In this document: positions 12,651 through 25,715 of the stretch, one piece after another
Layout of the letters: every line of letters begins with the position of its first letter
Position numbering within the stretch: the first letter of the stretch is position 1
Source: Lama glama
Taxonomy: Eukaryota
Direction of reading: 5' to 3'
NCBI GenBank assembly: GCA_028534125.1
Contig: CM052817.1
Coordinates: 7,876,001 to 7,940,000 of the forward strand
DNA length: 64,000 nucleotides
Translations under genes and position numbers: made by a program
The notes under the pieces: generated by a model
Told to the model about the DNA's origin: nothing
Databases searched by the model: none
Seen by the model: only the letters and a program-made list of their open reading frames with translations

Positions 12651-14189
12651 TATAATACCTCTTTACATGGTATTCGGAAATCAATTTGGAATAGCGCTGT
12701 CCACTCCTTCTCCTGTTGAGGGAAGCTACAACAGACATCATTCTCTGGCTCCGGCCTTTTTCCTTTGCTGCCCTCGGGCTCTGGCCCACCCTATCTGTAG
12801 TCCTCCCAGCAGTCCTGGGTGAGCGGAGACCCAGAAGCTTCTGAGGCCCAGCCGATGTGGCGGGGCTGGCTGGGAGCCACTGCAGGGGAAGCTACAGGTA
12901 GGATCTTGTTTCAACCATCAGCCATGCAAATAAGCTGATGCTGGCTGCTGATCACGAATTGCTCACCAGTCGTTTCCTTAATGACTTGCTAAATTTCCTT
13001 GCATCCTCCCAGAAAGTCACTTTTTCAAGGTCCTGTGGCTCCATCCCACAGCCCACACTGATAGCACCAGGATTCCTGACCTGAAGCCAAATCCCAATTC
13101 TCAGCCCTTTGTGAGCTGACTTGAAGGAGTCCAAGGTAACTGAGGCACCCAGGGTCACACAGAGGCCTTAGCCAAATGTAGACTGGCGGCCAGGACCCCT
13201 CTGGAAGGCACCTTGAAGGGGCTGCAGCGACGGGAGACCAACGCATCTCTCTTAAAGCAGAGGAAGCTTTGTTCAAATGAAATCTCCAATGGAGAAGGCA
13301 AATAAGAGCAGAAATGCTGGGGTTGATGCAGGAGTGGAGGTCCCAGATCTCTACCTCTGTGTCCCCTATGACCCCACGTTGCTTCCCAAGGCACTGGCCC
13401 ACAGTTTCTGTAGCTCCTCCAAGTGTAGCTGAGATCCTCTGATCTGGTTCACTCAGCCATTTCCTTTAGGGACAAAGAATAAAAGGACAGAGAGTTCAGG
13501 GAACAGGGCCAAGGTCCACAGCCAGCAAGTGCTAGGATCAGATCTCAGAGCTCCCTACACTCAGCTCAGGCTCAGACTGTCACACTACACTATTTCGGCT
13601 TCAGAGGTGAAAGTTCTCTCGTGGCTGGCTAATTTTGTCAGTCCAGTCACCATGGGTAACAGTCACCTAAAGGTCTTTTACTCTCTTCTAAAGAAGTCTT
13701 CGCCTGCGGCCGGGGTGGGGGTGGGGGGTCATCATCGTTCTGTGTTGCACCAAAGAGAGTAGGAGGGAGGACATGCAGACCTTTGCGAGAGCACCCTCAA
13801 CAAGTGAACATACAACCCCTTCTCTCTGGGAGAAAAAAAAGGTTTATATGTGAGATTTTTCTGTCTGGAAAGCTCTCCTTTTTGAGTCCACATGCATCTG
13901 TGAGGCTCTGGTTTCCTTCCAGACTATCCCATGTGACCTCCCCCAGGGACGCCATCCAAGGGACATGCCCCAGTGCCAGCTCTCCTTTCAGTCCCCTAAC
14001 TGCGTGACCTCCTCAAGTGGAGAGCTCGTGCGCTATGCACCAGTGCAGAGCATTAAAGAGCAAATTTCGCACATACAATTGAATGTAAATCTTCAGTAAC
14101 GCTCACAGTTGCACAGATATGCTGCCCACTCCGCAGTCACATGTTCTTTTATCTCATGGGACAGAATTCTAGGATCTTATCAGCCCTCA

Positions 14190-14330
14190 GTTCAAGTCCT
14201 AGCTCTGGTACTCTCTAGCCGTGTGGCCTTAGCCAGGCCACTTACCCTCCCTAAGCCTGCTTCCTCCTTCACAACATAATTATAATAACTTGCAGGGTCA
14301 AGTGAGGACCAGAAATAATGCAAGTGTACT
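14190..14330 (+). mobile_element. MIR SINE fragment
   Basis: gttcaagtcctagctctggtactctctagccgtgtggccttagccaggccactta. Confidence 0.65.
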
Positions 14331-14549
14331 CTCTGATTCATGAGAATGGCAGATAGCATTTTTCTCTCCCAGAGGATATGCTCTTGTTCACAGCGTTGTC
14401 CCCAGCAACCAGCCAGTGCTCAGGAAATGTCGTTGGCAGTGACGACGGCTTGACAGAGTGACTGAGTGCACAAATGAATGAACTAACAAACAAATGTTCA
14501 CTTTGTAAAGGAGCTTAACAGTGATCCACCCATCCAGTGGACCTTTTAG

Positions 14550-14660
14550 GTTTATTTATTCATGTGTTTATTTATTTATTTAGTGGAAGTAGTGGGGAGT
14601 GAACCCAGAACCTCGAGCACACTAAGCACATGCTCTCCCACTGCACTACACCCTTCCCAA
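14550..14660 (-). mobile_element. tRNA-derived SINE (camelid Vic-1-like), short-tailed
   Basis: antisense head gaacccagaacctcgagcacactaagcacatgctctcccactg, (TTTA)n tail; TSD agtggaYcttttag at 14536-14549 and 14662-14675. Confidence 0.88.
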
Positions 14661-15309
14661 GAGTGGATCTTTTAGAGCACTGATGAAGGATGGCCGTTTG
14701 GGCTTCAACAGAGCTGCCCACTAGCCCTTACTGCCCACGGCTGGGGACATGTGTAATCAGAAAGGCGGGCCCGGCACTGAGAAGAAATACTACCATGGTC
14801 AGCCACCAGTCCACCTTTCCTAATTCTGGCCTCCCCACTATGGGGCATGTGGCATGTGCTCATTCTTTCAATCCTCTTAACAGACACTTCTTCTTGGCCT
14901 TGTTTACTGGGTTAGGTAAACTCTGGAGTCACAGAGTGTGCAGAGGCAGCCCTGTCATTACACGATTCACATTTTAGCCAGAGACGGACATTAAACAACC
15001 CAGTGAATCATTAATTATTTAACAGCAATTATAACTCGCACACAGGAAGAGAAACACAGAGAAACACAGAGCACCACAGAGGGAGAATGACGGGGGAACA
15101 TTACTGCTCCAGCTCTGTAAGGTAGGCCATGGATTTGACTGAAGAAGACTCGGGAGCAGGGGAGGGAAGGAATGATGGAGGGAGGGATGGATGCACTTTT
15201 TAATCTACTAGAAGTCAGCTCTTAATCCTCCCTGATAAAAAATCATTCATGTTAACACTCTTTGTCACACATGAATGGTTATTCATAGATTCCTGAATAT
15301 AAACAGGCC

Positions 15310-15510
15310 CGAGCTCAAGCTCTGAGCCCGCTGTTTACACCTCTGGCAAATGATGGCACGCCCTAAGCTCAGATTCCTCGCCTGTAACAGGAAGGGGGTG
15401 GACGTGGATCCTGCTCAGGGCTGCTACGGAAACCGATGCGAAGATGCTCCTAGAGCACTTAGCAGTGTCTCACACGGTGAGCCATCAAAGTGGTACCCTC
15501 GTTACTACCG
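15310..15510 (+). mobile_element. MIR SINE
   Basis: ctcagattcctcgcctgtaacagg...agagcacttagcagtgtctcacacggtgagccatcaa. Confidence 0.6.
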
Positions 15511-16334
15511 TATTAACATCCAACTGCTTCACATTCAGGTGAGGAAGTACAAGCTCAAAGACATGACTCATCAGCTAACCGAAGGCAGAGGTGACACTCA
15601 GCCGCAGGGCTCCCTTAATCCAACCCTCTCGACAGAAAATGATGCTGCTTTAGGTTTTTTTTTTATATCTCATAATCAGGAATGAAATACTGACACAAAC
15701 CAACAGTAATGCTTTCCTTAGAGTTGAGCGATGATCATGCGGAAATTCAGAGCATGAACTCTAGGTTGGGAAGGATAAAAACTCCCCTTTTTTGGTATTA
15801 CCTTACAGGTCTTTAATGGGCAATGTTGTGGGCCCAGGACTGCTCTGGAAGCTGAATGGGGTATAAAGAATAAGACAGGGCTCTTTCCTCCGAGGTTTTG
15901 TCATCTGGTTGAATTTCGCCACAAAAGGCCAGCAACATGGATCCTTTGAGGATGGGAGGATTAAGACTTGAAGAGAGTATTTCCAAACATTCTCAGATAT
16001 TTCTGGTTACTGCTTTAAAGAAAAACCTTGACTTTTGAACAACTATGCACCTTAGAACACATCCACGTTATTAAAACCAACAGAATAATTTCCACTTGGA
16101 TGTAAGAAGCATCGACAGCATTTAACCTTCAGGATTTCAGGACATTGACCATCACAGGAAAGTCATTCCTCTCAACTTAATAATAACCTAGTAATAGAAA
16201 CTAATTATAGGTAGGTCAAAAAACAGGCTTTCTGAACCAAATAAACACCTCTGTGTTAGCCAGACTTCCTGAGACCACGGCACACTAAAGTCTATTCACT
16301 GGCCTTTCGAAAAGCAGCTCCTGAGCACCTACTA

Positions 16335-16562
16335 ATAATAGCCACCCTTAATGAGGGCTTACCATGGCCAGACTCTCAGGTAAACTTCATAATGTCTCTG
16401 TGAGGCAGGAACTATTATTATCCCCACTCAACAGATGATAAAACAGAGTCACAGGGAACTCAAGTAATTTCCCTAAGTTCACACAGCTAGGAAGTGGTAG
16501 CATCAGGCTTCTCCTGGGGAGCTGGGAGCCAGGGCCTCCGCTCTTAGTCACCATGCTGTACT
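16335..16562 (-). mobile_element. MIR SINE
   Basis: attattatccccactcaacagatgataaaacagagtcacagggaactcaagtaatttccctaagttcacacagctaggaagtgg. Confidence 0.8.
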
Positions 16563-17567
16563 GCTGCTGAGAAGCACGTGCTCTCTGGATGCTGTGAAAG
16601 ACACATACGTAAGCAGTCGGTGGCCCTGACCTTGGGGGCTCCTCAGTGTCCTGATGAGCCTGACATACCAAGGCAGACAATAAGGGGACACACATGAGCA
16701 AATATTGAGCTCTCACCATGTGCAAGTCACAGACCAGCTCCTCTCCTCACAACGCCCCAATTATCCCCTCAATGACTTTGCAAGGGGTCATTGTTTCCAG
16801 TAAGGCAAGCAACGAGAATATGAGTGCAGCAGGAATTGACAGATGTCAGGTAACCAAATCAAGGTCAAGCAATTTGTGAGGGTTGTGAGCCAGAATTCAT
16901 GGCCAACTCCATCCCTCCTGGAATCACACATGCTTTCCACTTCAGCCAGATGTCTACTACTATCTTACAAGCCTCACAATGGTCACGGGCATCCCTAATG
17001 CGCTCTTGGATACAAATGAGACAGTGGCTTGCTCTACCTGGGAAGGACCAGGAAGGCTTCAGAGAGAAAATAGTGTAAGAATGGGATTGGGAGGAGTATT
17101 GGGATGATAAGAGACAGAAGAGGAGTGTTCCAGGCTGGGGAATATATTTATAGAATGTCCACAAAAGCACAGAGATGTGAAAAAGTTTGCTTGCTCAAGA
17201 CCAAGAGCCAGTGCTGCAGAGCAGCTAGAGTGGTGGGGAGGGGCAGGACACGAGGAGGGAAGGTTTGGGGGGCCAGATATTGAGGAGCTTTGCAGGACAC
17301 TCCACTTGGCGTTTATACTGGAGGCCTATGAGAGTTGACTTGAAGCTGCCCAATGTGTGCAAAGTCTCTGAACAAGAGATATCCATGAATATTGTTTTGC
17401 TGTCTTTGATCTAGTTAACTAATTCTGCATAGAAAATATTTTTCAGAATATTTGAAGAGGGCTTTTGTTCAAGAATAATCTTCCAAGATCCTCAAGGACT
17501 TGTACTACGTCATATTTACTTTTATTATCCCAGTGACTGCTGCTCTGAAGATTGTGGAAAAAGTGGT

Positions 17568-17609
17568 TGGATGGATGGATAGATGGATGAGAGGATGGAT
17601 GGATGGATA
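17568..17609. repeat. (TGGA)n microsatellite, imperfect
   Basis: tggatggatggatagatggatgagaggatggatggatggat. Confidence 0.85.
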
Positions 17610-18689
17610 AAAGACTGAATTAATTAATGAGAAATAAGCACAGTGATAAATTTTATGGTAGGAGTGGCATTATATGTAGGCAGAGTTACTGGCAATTTAC
17701 ATATTCAATGTCAGCACTAAATGTGTGCCTCTCTCCAGAGTCCCTGATTACTGGAATTCCTATCACATGGAACAGTGTATTTCATTCAATAGTAAAGAAT
17801 AAGATTGAAAGTACAAATACTTTGAAGAATTCTCCAATGAATTTTGATTGCTGAAAACAGGAACAAGTAGACATGAATTCATACTAAGATGTAAATGATT
17901 GGTCCTGGGTCATTTCCTGACAGAGTGTAGGGATAGGAAGGGAAGGCAGAGGATGAAGTCTGAGTTTGTTAACTCCTTCCATTCCATCAGAAGCTTCAGT
18001 CTTCCACCAAGGATTACCTTACCATTCAAATATTCACTTTCTTTTAAAAATAGATCCCAGGGAAGAAATAAAGAATCTTGTCCTCATCATGTCTCACCAC
18101 TCACTAACTTAAACACCCCTCTTTACTAACCAGGCCAGCCTGTCTTTCTCCATAATCCACAGACATCCCCACCTCACTGTCTCATCTTCATCTTCCCACC
18201 CTCCTATGGTGCTCTTCCCACCCCATCAGGGAGATGGGAATCCTTTAAAATCTTTCAAAATCCTGCCTCATCTTCTCAGCAAGCTCTCCCTCCTAAAATT
18301 CCCACAGTCATAGAAGCAACACCAAAGCCCATTTTCCCCATTCAGTCTTAACTATGTACCATAGTCTTGGCTCTTTGGTCTAGGTTGTAAGTTCAGTAAT
18401 CTTTTCCCAGTTACCATAATCATAATCATCTACATGCATTGAGCAATGCCCTTTATTCTCAGAACCTGGATTTGGCACACATTATATCTCATTATAAGAG
18501 GTAAAAATTTCCATGCCTGTTTCGTAGACAAAGAACCCAAAGATCAGGAAGGGTAAAATACAAGCCAAATAAATGTCCCTTGCCTTCAATTCCAGCTCTT
18601 CTAATTCTTACTCATCCCTCCTTCCCCTACTCAGTAGAGCTACTGAAAAAAGATAATATTTTGCTTTATCATTAGACAATATATTTAAA

Positions 18690-19060
18690 ATGGTAGCTCA
18701 ATTTGTTTAAAACCTCCATAAGTGCTTTTTATAATAGGTGTAGAGTATTCCACAAACTACATATGTATTAGATTTTATTTAACCCTTATTATTGGATGTG
18801 AAGTTTGCAGCTTTGCTTTTAAAATTATAAGGAGCACGACTATGAAAAATTGTAGGGTTTCTTTTCCTTATTTTAGATTATTTTCTTATAATAAATTTCT
18901 AGGAGCAGGATTATCATGTCAAAACACATGAATGTTTTATGACTCGGAATACACATTATCAATGTGCAGTGACATGCACCAACATACACGGCTGCCAGCA
19001 ATGCATAATAAATCCCAAGTCACAGTCCCCAGCAGCAAGGAGCATGATCATTTTGCCTCC
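18690..19060 (-). mobile_element. ancient L1 (L1ME-like) fragment
   Basis: gtagagtattcc...attggatg...ataaatttctaggagcaggattatcatgtcaaa...ccagcaatgcat, antisense ORF2 3' end pattern. Confidence 0.55.
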
Positions 19061-19831
19061 TTATAACTAGTGAAGTCAAACACCGTCTGCTAATCTATCT
19101 GATGTGAATTATTTCATGTACTTCTTGGTATTCAGATTGCATTTTTATTCATTTGCACTAGTTCTTCATAATATGGTGTATATCCTGTGCTGGGCATACT
19201 GTCTGTGCTCCATCTAAATCCATTCATATAATTATACTGATTATGGCATCAAATACTTGATGATCACCCACAATGTGTCACCATGCTGGCATTGGGGACA
19301 CCCAAATGAAGAAGACACGGCTTCAAGAAACCTGGAGACAACAAAAAAGAGATCTGATGTTTGGCCCTGTGGGGTAAACTCTGAATTCCAACTACACTAT
19401 ATTTCTCTCCAAAATGGGGAGATGGAGAATGAGAAGGATCATGATTTGGACATGGCAGGGGCAGCCAGGGAGTGTCCTAGGGCTTCAGAAGAGGCAGAGA
19501 AGGGAGAGTTTCTGGGCATCTTCATGGAAGGTGCACAGTTTAAGCTGGGCCTGAGGAACAGTGGGATTTGGGGATAAGCAGAGAGGCGGGATTTCTGGTT
19601 AAGTTGCCTTGTGAATCAAAGCCCAGAGCTGACATCACAGCTGAAAAAGCAAGTTCAGTGAGCGGAGGGGTGGTGGGTGCATCTGGGAAACATTTTCTGC
19701 ATGAGGACCCAAGAGACATTTGTTTGTTCACCGAGAAGTCTGGCCACTATCACAGGGGTCCAGAAAACAAGACCACTCGGATGAAAGTGGCATCTCTTTT
19801 CCAGAAGTTTCTCCTTGTGAAGGCTGCCAAA

Positions 19832-20047
19832 GGGGGGCAGGGAGGAGGGTACAGCTCAGTGGCAGAGTGTGTGCTTAGCATGCACGAGATCCTGGGTCCA
19901 ATCCCAGTACTCCATTAAAGTTACATTAATTAATTAATTAACCTAACTGCCTCCACCCACCCCCCAAAAAAATATTTTAAAAAAAAAACAGAAGCAGTGA
20001 ATGACAGTTTGGAACAGAAAAAAATAACATAATTAGGAAAAAAAAAA
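19832..20047 (+). mobile_element. tRNA-derived SINE (camelid Vic-1-like), long-tailed form
   Basis: gggtacagctcagtggcagagtgtgtgcttagcatgcacgagatcctgggtccaatccc head; TSD aaggctgcYaaa at 19820-19831 and 20048-20059. Confidence 0.9.
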
Positions 20048-20839
20048 AAGGCTGCTAAACTGACAGCATCTTTAACCAACCAATGAGGGGGCTGATTAAA
20101 TTCTGATCCTGAATGTTCTTAGTGTGCCAAATGTAGTCTTTCCCCAAGGCCTGGTTGCTTGGACCCAGGAACTAAAAGGGATTCTTCTGCTGCGACAGGG
20201 GAGGGTTTTACAAAGACATGAGGATAAACTGCCTCACCCTCCAAGTCCTTTGTAAAGTGGGTAAGTCACAGAGTTGTTCAAAGCAGTTCCCTGTTTAATA
20301 AGCACCAGTGGATTATCCATAATCTGAGGCCAGCAAAGTCTCCCTACCAGATTGGATTAATTCAGTTAAATAATCTTACTTGCATTTCTCAGTGGATTCC
20401 TTAAATCCAGCCTGAGAGTCCTGTCTGAGCATCAGGAGGGAACCTGCGTCCATTGTCCTGCATCCCCAGTGCTGAGTATTAAGACATCTTACTCTCAGGA
20501 AATGGCCTCATGTCCACAATGATAGATGCCAAAGGATCAACCAACAGTAATAATGGTGAAATCTCTAGAATCGAGCAGAAAACTGTTCCTAAGCTACCAA
20601 AGCAAGGTTCCACAGAGTCTACCACAGACTACTAGGATCATAGATGACTAGTCTTCAACAGAATGCTCGTTAACTGGACTAAAGACTCAGGATCCAGAGT
20701 TACAAGATCCCTCACCCATCTCCTGGTCACCAGGCAGGCCTTGGAGCATCTGCTTAGCATCACACTCCTGCCCAACTCCAGGCCTTGGATACAATGATGG
20801 ACCTGATGGCAGAGCCCAGGAGTTCCGACCCCTCAGCAC

Positions 20840-21140
20840 CAGCCACCCTTTGCTGTTTCTCAAACACACGACCCACCTCTAGGTCTTTGCATTAATTGTT
20901 CCTCCAACCTGGAATACTCTTTCCCTAGACATCCACCAGATTCTCTCCTTACTTCACTCTGGTCACTGCTCCAATGCTGCTTCCTCCCAGCAGGCTTCCC
21001 TGACTAACTTGTATAAAATAGCAACCTTTCACCCTCCTCTCAGCACATGAAACTTTCTTCCTAGCACTTATAACCATCTGAAATGCTAACCAGAGTTAAG
21101 CTCCATGACATCAGGGATCTGTCTTGTCTGTCTGCTGCTA
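20840..21140 (+). mobile_element. L2 LINE 3' fragment
   Basis: ctgtttctcaaacacac...ggtctttgcattaattgttcctccaacctggaatactctttcc...aagctccatgacatcagggatctgtcttgt. Confidence 0.75.
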
Positions 21141-22729
21141 TGGTAAGCCTTCCATGATGATTTATTAAGTAAGTTACTCAACTTTCACAGAGCTCTAAGG
21201 AGTCCCTGTAGGCTAGGCCTTGAACCACACTTTGTAAGCTGTCATCCTTAGATCCTAGAGACAAATTTTACCCCTTTGAGTCTCTCAGGTCTACTTTATC
21301 AAGACAGCATGTTCAGCTTGGCTCCTCTATCATGCCTGGAGCCCCAGAGGAGGATTTAGCGACATTATGGACTCCAGGAGAAGACGACACACTGATCTTA
21401 TACAAACCTCTCAGAAAACTGACCATCAGAGAGTTTAGCTACTGCTCAGTGTCCCACAGGCAGTATGTGAGTAGCTGCTGGGACAAAGAACCCAGGTTTC
21501 TTGACTCCCATTGCACGTCTCACCCAACACACCATCCTTTCTCCCTTTGCTGCAAATCTGCCCAAATTTCAAAAGCAAGGAGCATGTCCTTCTAATAGGA
21601 GACTTTTTTTAAAGGAGGCAGGCAAAACAAAGAGGAAGACAACATGTTGAATGAGGAAGAAATGCAAGACCTTGCCATCACAATCAATTGTGGGACAGAT
21701 ACCCTGGGAATGGAGAGATTTAGGTGAACAGTCTGTCCAAGACCTTGCCAACCCCAGGGCACCACAGGCAAACCACAGCAACAGTGGCCAGCAGGACCAA
21801 CCACATCCGACCCTGACCTGGGTCTGAACACGTGCACCAGGACTGAAAGAAAGAACATAGAGGGCGCAGGTAAAGGAAAAAGAAAGGCCCCAGAGAAGAG
21901 GGAGGGAGGCCAGTTAGGAAATGAGCCAAGAATATGACAGACACAAGAAAACATAATAGACATGGAAACCTGGCAGAACGAAAAAAAAGTGGCAAAGAAA
22001 AGCAAGTTGGTGAAAAATAAACGCCATCCAAAAACACAACAAAACATTTTTTAAAAGTTTATTTTACCTAGAATTAATGACAGGAAAACCCCATAAACGT
22101 GGTGCAAAATGTTTAATGCCCCATTGAATGCCAACATTATGCCATTCATCTGTCCTTGCAGGTGTATTATTTCTAGCCCCCAGGATGAAAAGAAAAGTTG
22201 CTTTCCACATCTTTTATAGTACTTAAAAATACATATTTCCAGGGCCTTATGGCCAAAGGTCCTGCTTTCTTCCGGAACCCACAGCAACTAATCCTGTCAC
22301 TGCCGCCGAGTCTCGGAGCTGGAATTAATAGCTGGTGGGAGGGTTTGCTCCCATCCTATGAGTGGTCTTTGCTTTAACGACCCTGAGAGTTAGTGATTTC
22401 TCCTAAATATTTATTTCTCCCTGAAGGAAAGATTTCTCTAAGAACTTTCTCTCTGCCCTCAATAGTCACAATTCCCGATCTGTTTTTCTTCTATTTGTCC
22501 ACTTAGAGTTTTTGCTGAAATCAATTTTATTAATTTCCTTCTGAAAATTAGCAAGTCAGAGTAAATCACCGGGAGCTTTTTCCTCTCTACGATGTGAATC
22601 AACTACCCTCCACTTTCCCGGGTTTTCCCCCAACACTAGGTCACCAAGGCTGAGATTTACCCTAGTTTTCCTCCAGAACGTCTCTTCAAGTTAAAAAAAA
22701 AAAAAAGGAAAAGAATTTAAGGTGAGACA

Positions 22730-22798
22730 GAGAAAGCCAGAGAAGAAAGGAAGGAAGGAGAGAAAGGGAGAAAGAAAGGGAGAAAGAAAGGGAGAAAA
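22730..22798. repeat. GA-rich polypurine tract with ~3 copies of a 13-mer (agaaagggagaaa)
   Basis: directly visible. Confidence 0.8.
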
Positions 22799-24979
22799 AT
22801 TTTAAACTCATCTTTTAAAATACTGCAGTTTAAACACTGCAATCAACAACTATGCCTTCACCACTTTTCTAAAGGGTGCCCCCTTCAGATTCAGGAGACT
22901 TTGTTTATAGTAAAAGACATTATCCAACATTTCCTCAGCATCTCTTCCGTCTGCCATCAAATTGACTGTTAGGCAAAACTTCTGGTATTGTCAGCCTTCT
23001 TCAAGGATTCACCTTCAAATTACAGGATTAAGTAAACCGTCAAAATTAGGTTTCAAAGCCCGCAGCCACTACCAGACCCATGGCCCCCTGAGCTTGCTAA
23101 GTCACTTATACTTTCTGAGTGGACAGATTCCCCCTCTGCAAAGTGAGGTGCTAGACCAGATCGTCTCCAAGATCCTTTTAAACTGTTCTACCCCGCTTGT
23201 ATACTCTTTCTCAACTCAGTGATTTTCATTTTACTTTATGAGAACACAATATTCATCAAATCTTCAGGGACTCTACCTCGCAATTTTAAAAGTCAAAAAA
23301 TGAAAGGAAATAAAATAACAAAGGCTTTGGTCACCATGGAACCTGTTCCCAGAACTAGGGATGCACTTAGAGGCGTTCTGTGGCCCGAGGTGTTCTCATT
23401 GGCTGCTCTGGTGGCAGCCGGCTTGTTAACCGACTTTTATCATTTGTTTTCACAACAACCTTGAGACTCCTTAGAGCAAATTGAAATGGCAAAGCATGTT
23501 CTCCAACTGGCAGCTGGGAAATCCAGATCTCAGGCCCCAGACGAAAGGCTGACTCCCTAATTCCAGCCTGATGATGGGAACGAGTTATCAGGAGGTTAAG
23601 TGACTTATGCAGCTGGACAGAGCCAGCCGGCGTCCACGACAGGATTCTGGACACAGAGCACTTGCCTCTTCGGACAGCGTTCAATTCTCCCAGCCGCATT
23701 TCTTCCCTGAATGCTTTTTAATCTGGCAGGATCCACAAATAAAGGAAATTGTGGTTTTCACATCATGATGGAGATTATTTTTCCATTGTGAATAATAAAA
23801 GCAGAGTAACCCATTCGTAGCTTCAAAATGTTTCCCTTCCAGCCCATGTTGTTTATTCCTCCGGCTTTCAACAGCTTTTACTTCAAGATGTCAGTTTTGA
23901 ACGTGTTTGCATAATTCTGCATTTTATTTCGGGATTCTCTGTCATAACCATTCATTTCCCCCCACCGGCTAAGCTGTTGAAAAAGAAAACTGTGTTTCGA
24001 GGCCAGTCCAATCCTACAATTTAAAAGCTGGCAGGATCCGTCTTCCTTTTCTCCCCTGGGAGGATTAATTTGCTTCTTTTTTATTCTCCAAGTTTTATGA
24101 TTCCAAATAAAGGCTATAATGGTGCCATTGAGAGTTGGGAAATGTGGAAGATAAATAGCCTATGTGGGAACCGCTTGAAATGAGAATCGAAATTTTGGGG
24201 AAGGAGGCGGGAAGAGTGGAGACGTTTTTTATCACGTGAGTGTGGCCTGTTAATGATAAAGGAAATTTCCTCCTTCTAACGAGTCTTGCCTTTATAGACT
24301 GAAGTGAGAGCGAATGGCTCCATTTGTATCATAAATGTAAAGAGGCTGAAATCGTACTCCCAAGAATGTAATACGTTTAATTTTGAAGTTAGGGGAACAG
24401 CCGTTAAAATTTGACTTTTTTTTCTGGGTCCTCCAACACGGAGCCTGGGCTTTTAATCTTGATTTTTTTGCCTGAACACTGGAACGTTTTAGAAACATGC
24501 TACTAAAATCATCTGCGGGAAACTAATTGACCAAGGGAAGTCATTTGAATAAATTCTTTTGGTGGAGTTCACCTTAATTAGCTCCCAACTGGGTGGGAGC
24601 CATCTCCATTAATCCCATTATTTCAAGAGCCCAATTCATCATCAAAGAACTGTTCTTAAGGGCCCTCTGGAATTCTGCAAAATAAATTGGGCAAATGTTA
24701 TTAACCTCCAGGAGCTTATAATTAAGGTCAGTGCAGTAGACATTCACGGACCAGGCACTGTGTACAAAGCACTGGGGTGCCAGGGCCGAGCAGGGCATGG
24801 GTCCTCCCTGCAGAGCACAGAGACAGTGGGACAGGAAGAATGTGTCCCTTCATTACTCTACAGACACGCTGTGAGTCTAGGACCCCAGGAGGGGTTTACA
24901 CTGCTGCAAACGTCTCACAGCACAAGCTACATACAACTGGCCCTAAAACAGTAAGAAACACCACACTGATTTGATGCAC

Positions 24980-25715
24980 ATCTGATCACATGACACTGTT
25001 GCTTACACACTCTTTTAGCATCCCCACCTATGCTGACTGCAGCCTAATCCGTTACTCTTGACCTTCAGAACCCTACACACCCTGAGCCCAACCTAGTTCT
25101 CTTATCAGATTTCCTACATCCCTCCTTGGCTCACACCCTTCTGGTCTCCCAGCTGCTTGGTGTTTCTCAACCAATCCAACCTTACCCTGCCCTCGGGCCG
25201 CCTCTCCAAATGGAACAGCTGCTTCTAAACCACATGGCTACTGCTTCCGGGCCCCATCTCAGCTCAGGGCTGCCTCCACGGGGAGGTCTTCCTTGCCCAC
25301 CCACCTTAAATCGGGCTTCCTCTCCACCACCACTCTCCTCCCCCATCACCCTGTTTCACCTTCTTCATAGCATTTATTATGCTCAAAAGTTATCAGGGAT
25401 GGGCAGAGTGTATAGCTTAGTGGTAGAGTACATGCCTAGCATGCAGGAGGTCCTAGTACCTCCATTTAAATAAATAAATAAACCTAATTACCCCCCCCGA
25501 AAAAAATAAAAACAAAAAAAATTGTCTAAGTTATCATGGTTATTAATTAATTTACTCATTTATCATTTGTCTCTCCCTTTGCTCTACCCTACAATGTTAG
25601 CTCCACAAAAACAGGGAATTTTCTGAGTTATTGACTACAACATCCCCTGCACCAGGGCAGTGCCAGGCGCTCACTTAATATTAGGTGAATGAATGAAAGA
25701 ATCAATCAATCAATG
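24980..25715 (+). mobile_element. L2 LINE 3' end, interrupted by a SINE
   Basis: ends cagtgccaggcgctcacttaatattaggtgaatgaatgaaag, L2 terminal repeat. Confidence 0.7.
25396..25521 (+). mobile_element. tRNA-derived SINE (camelid Vic-1-like) with B-box deletion
   Basis: gtgtatagcttagtggtagagtacatgcctagcatgcaggaggtcct|agtacctccatttaaataaataaataaacctaattacccc; lacks gggttcaatcccc. Confidence 0.88.

Noticed and set aside
12952..13402. Overlapping minus-strand ORFs of 68-125 aa
   Set aside because: No consistent frame, splice signals or recognisable protein
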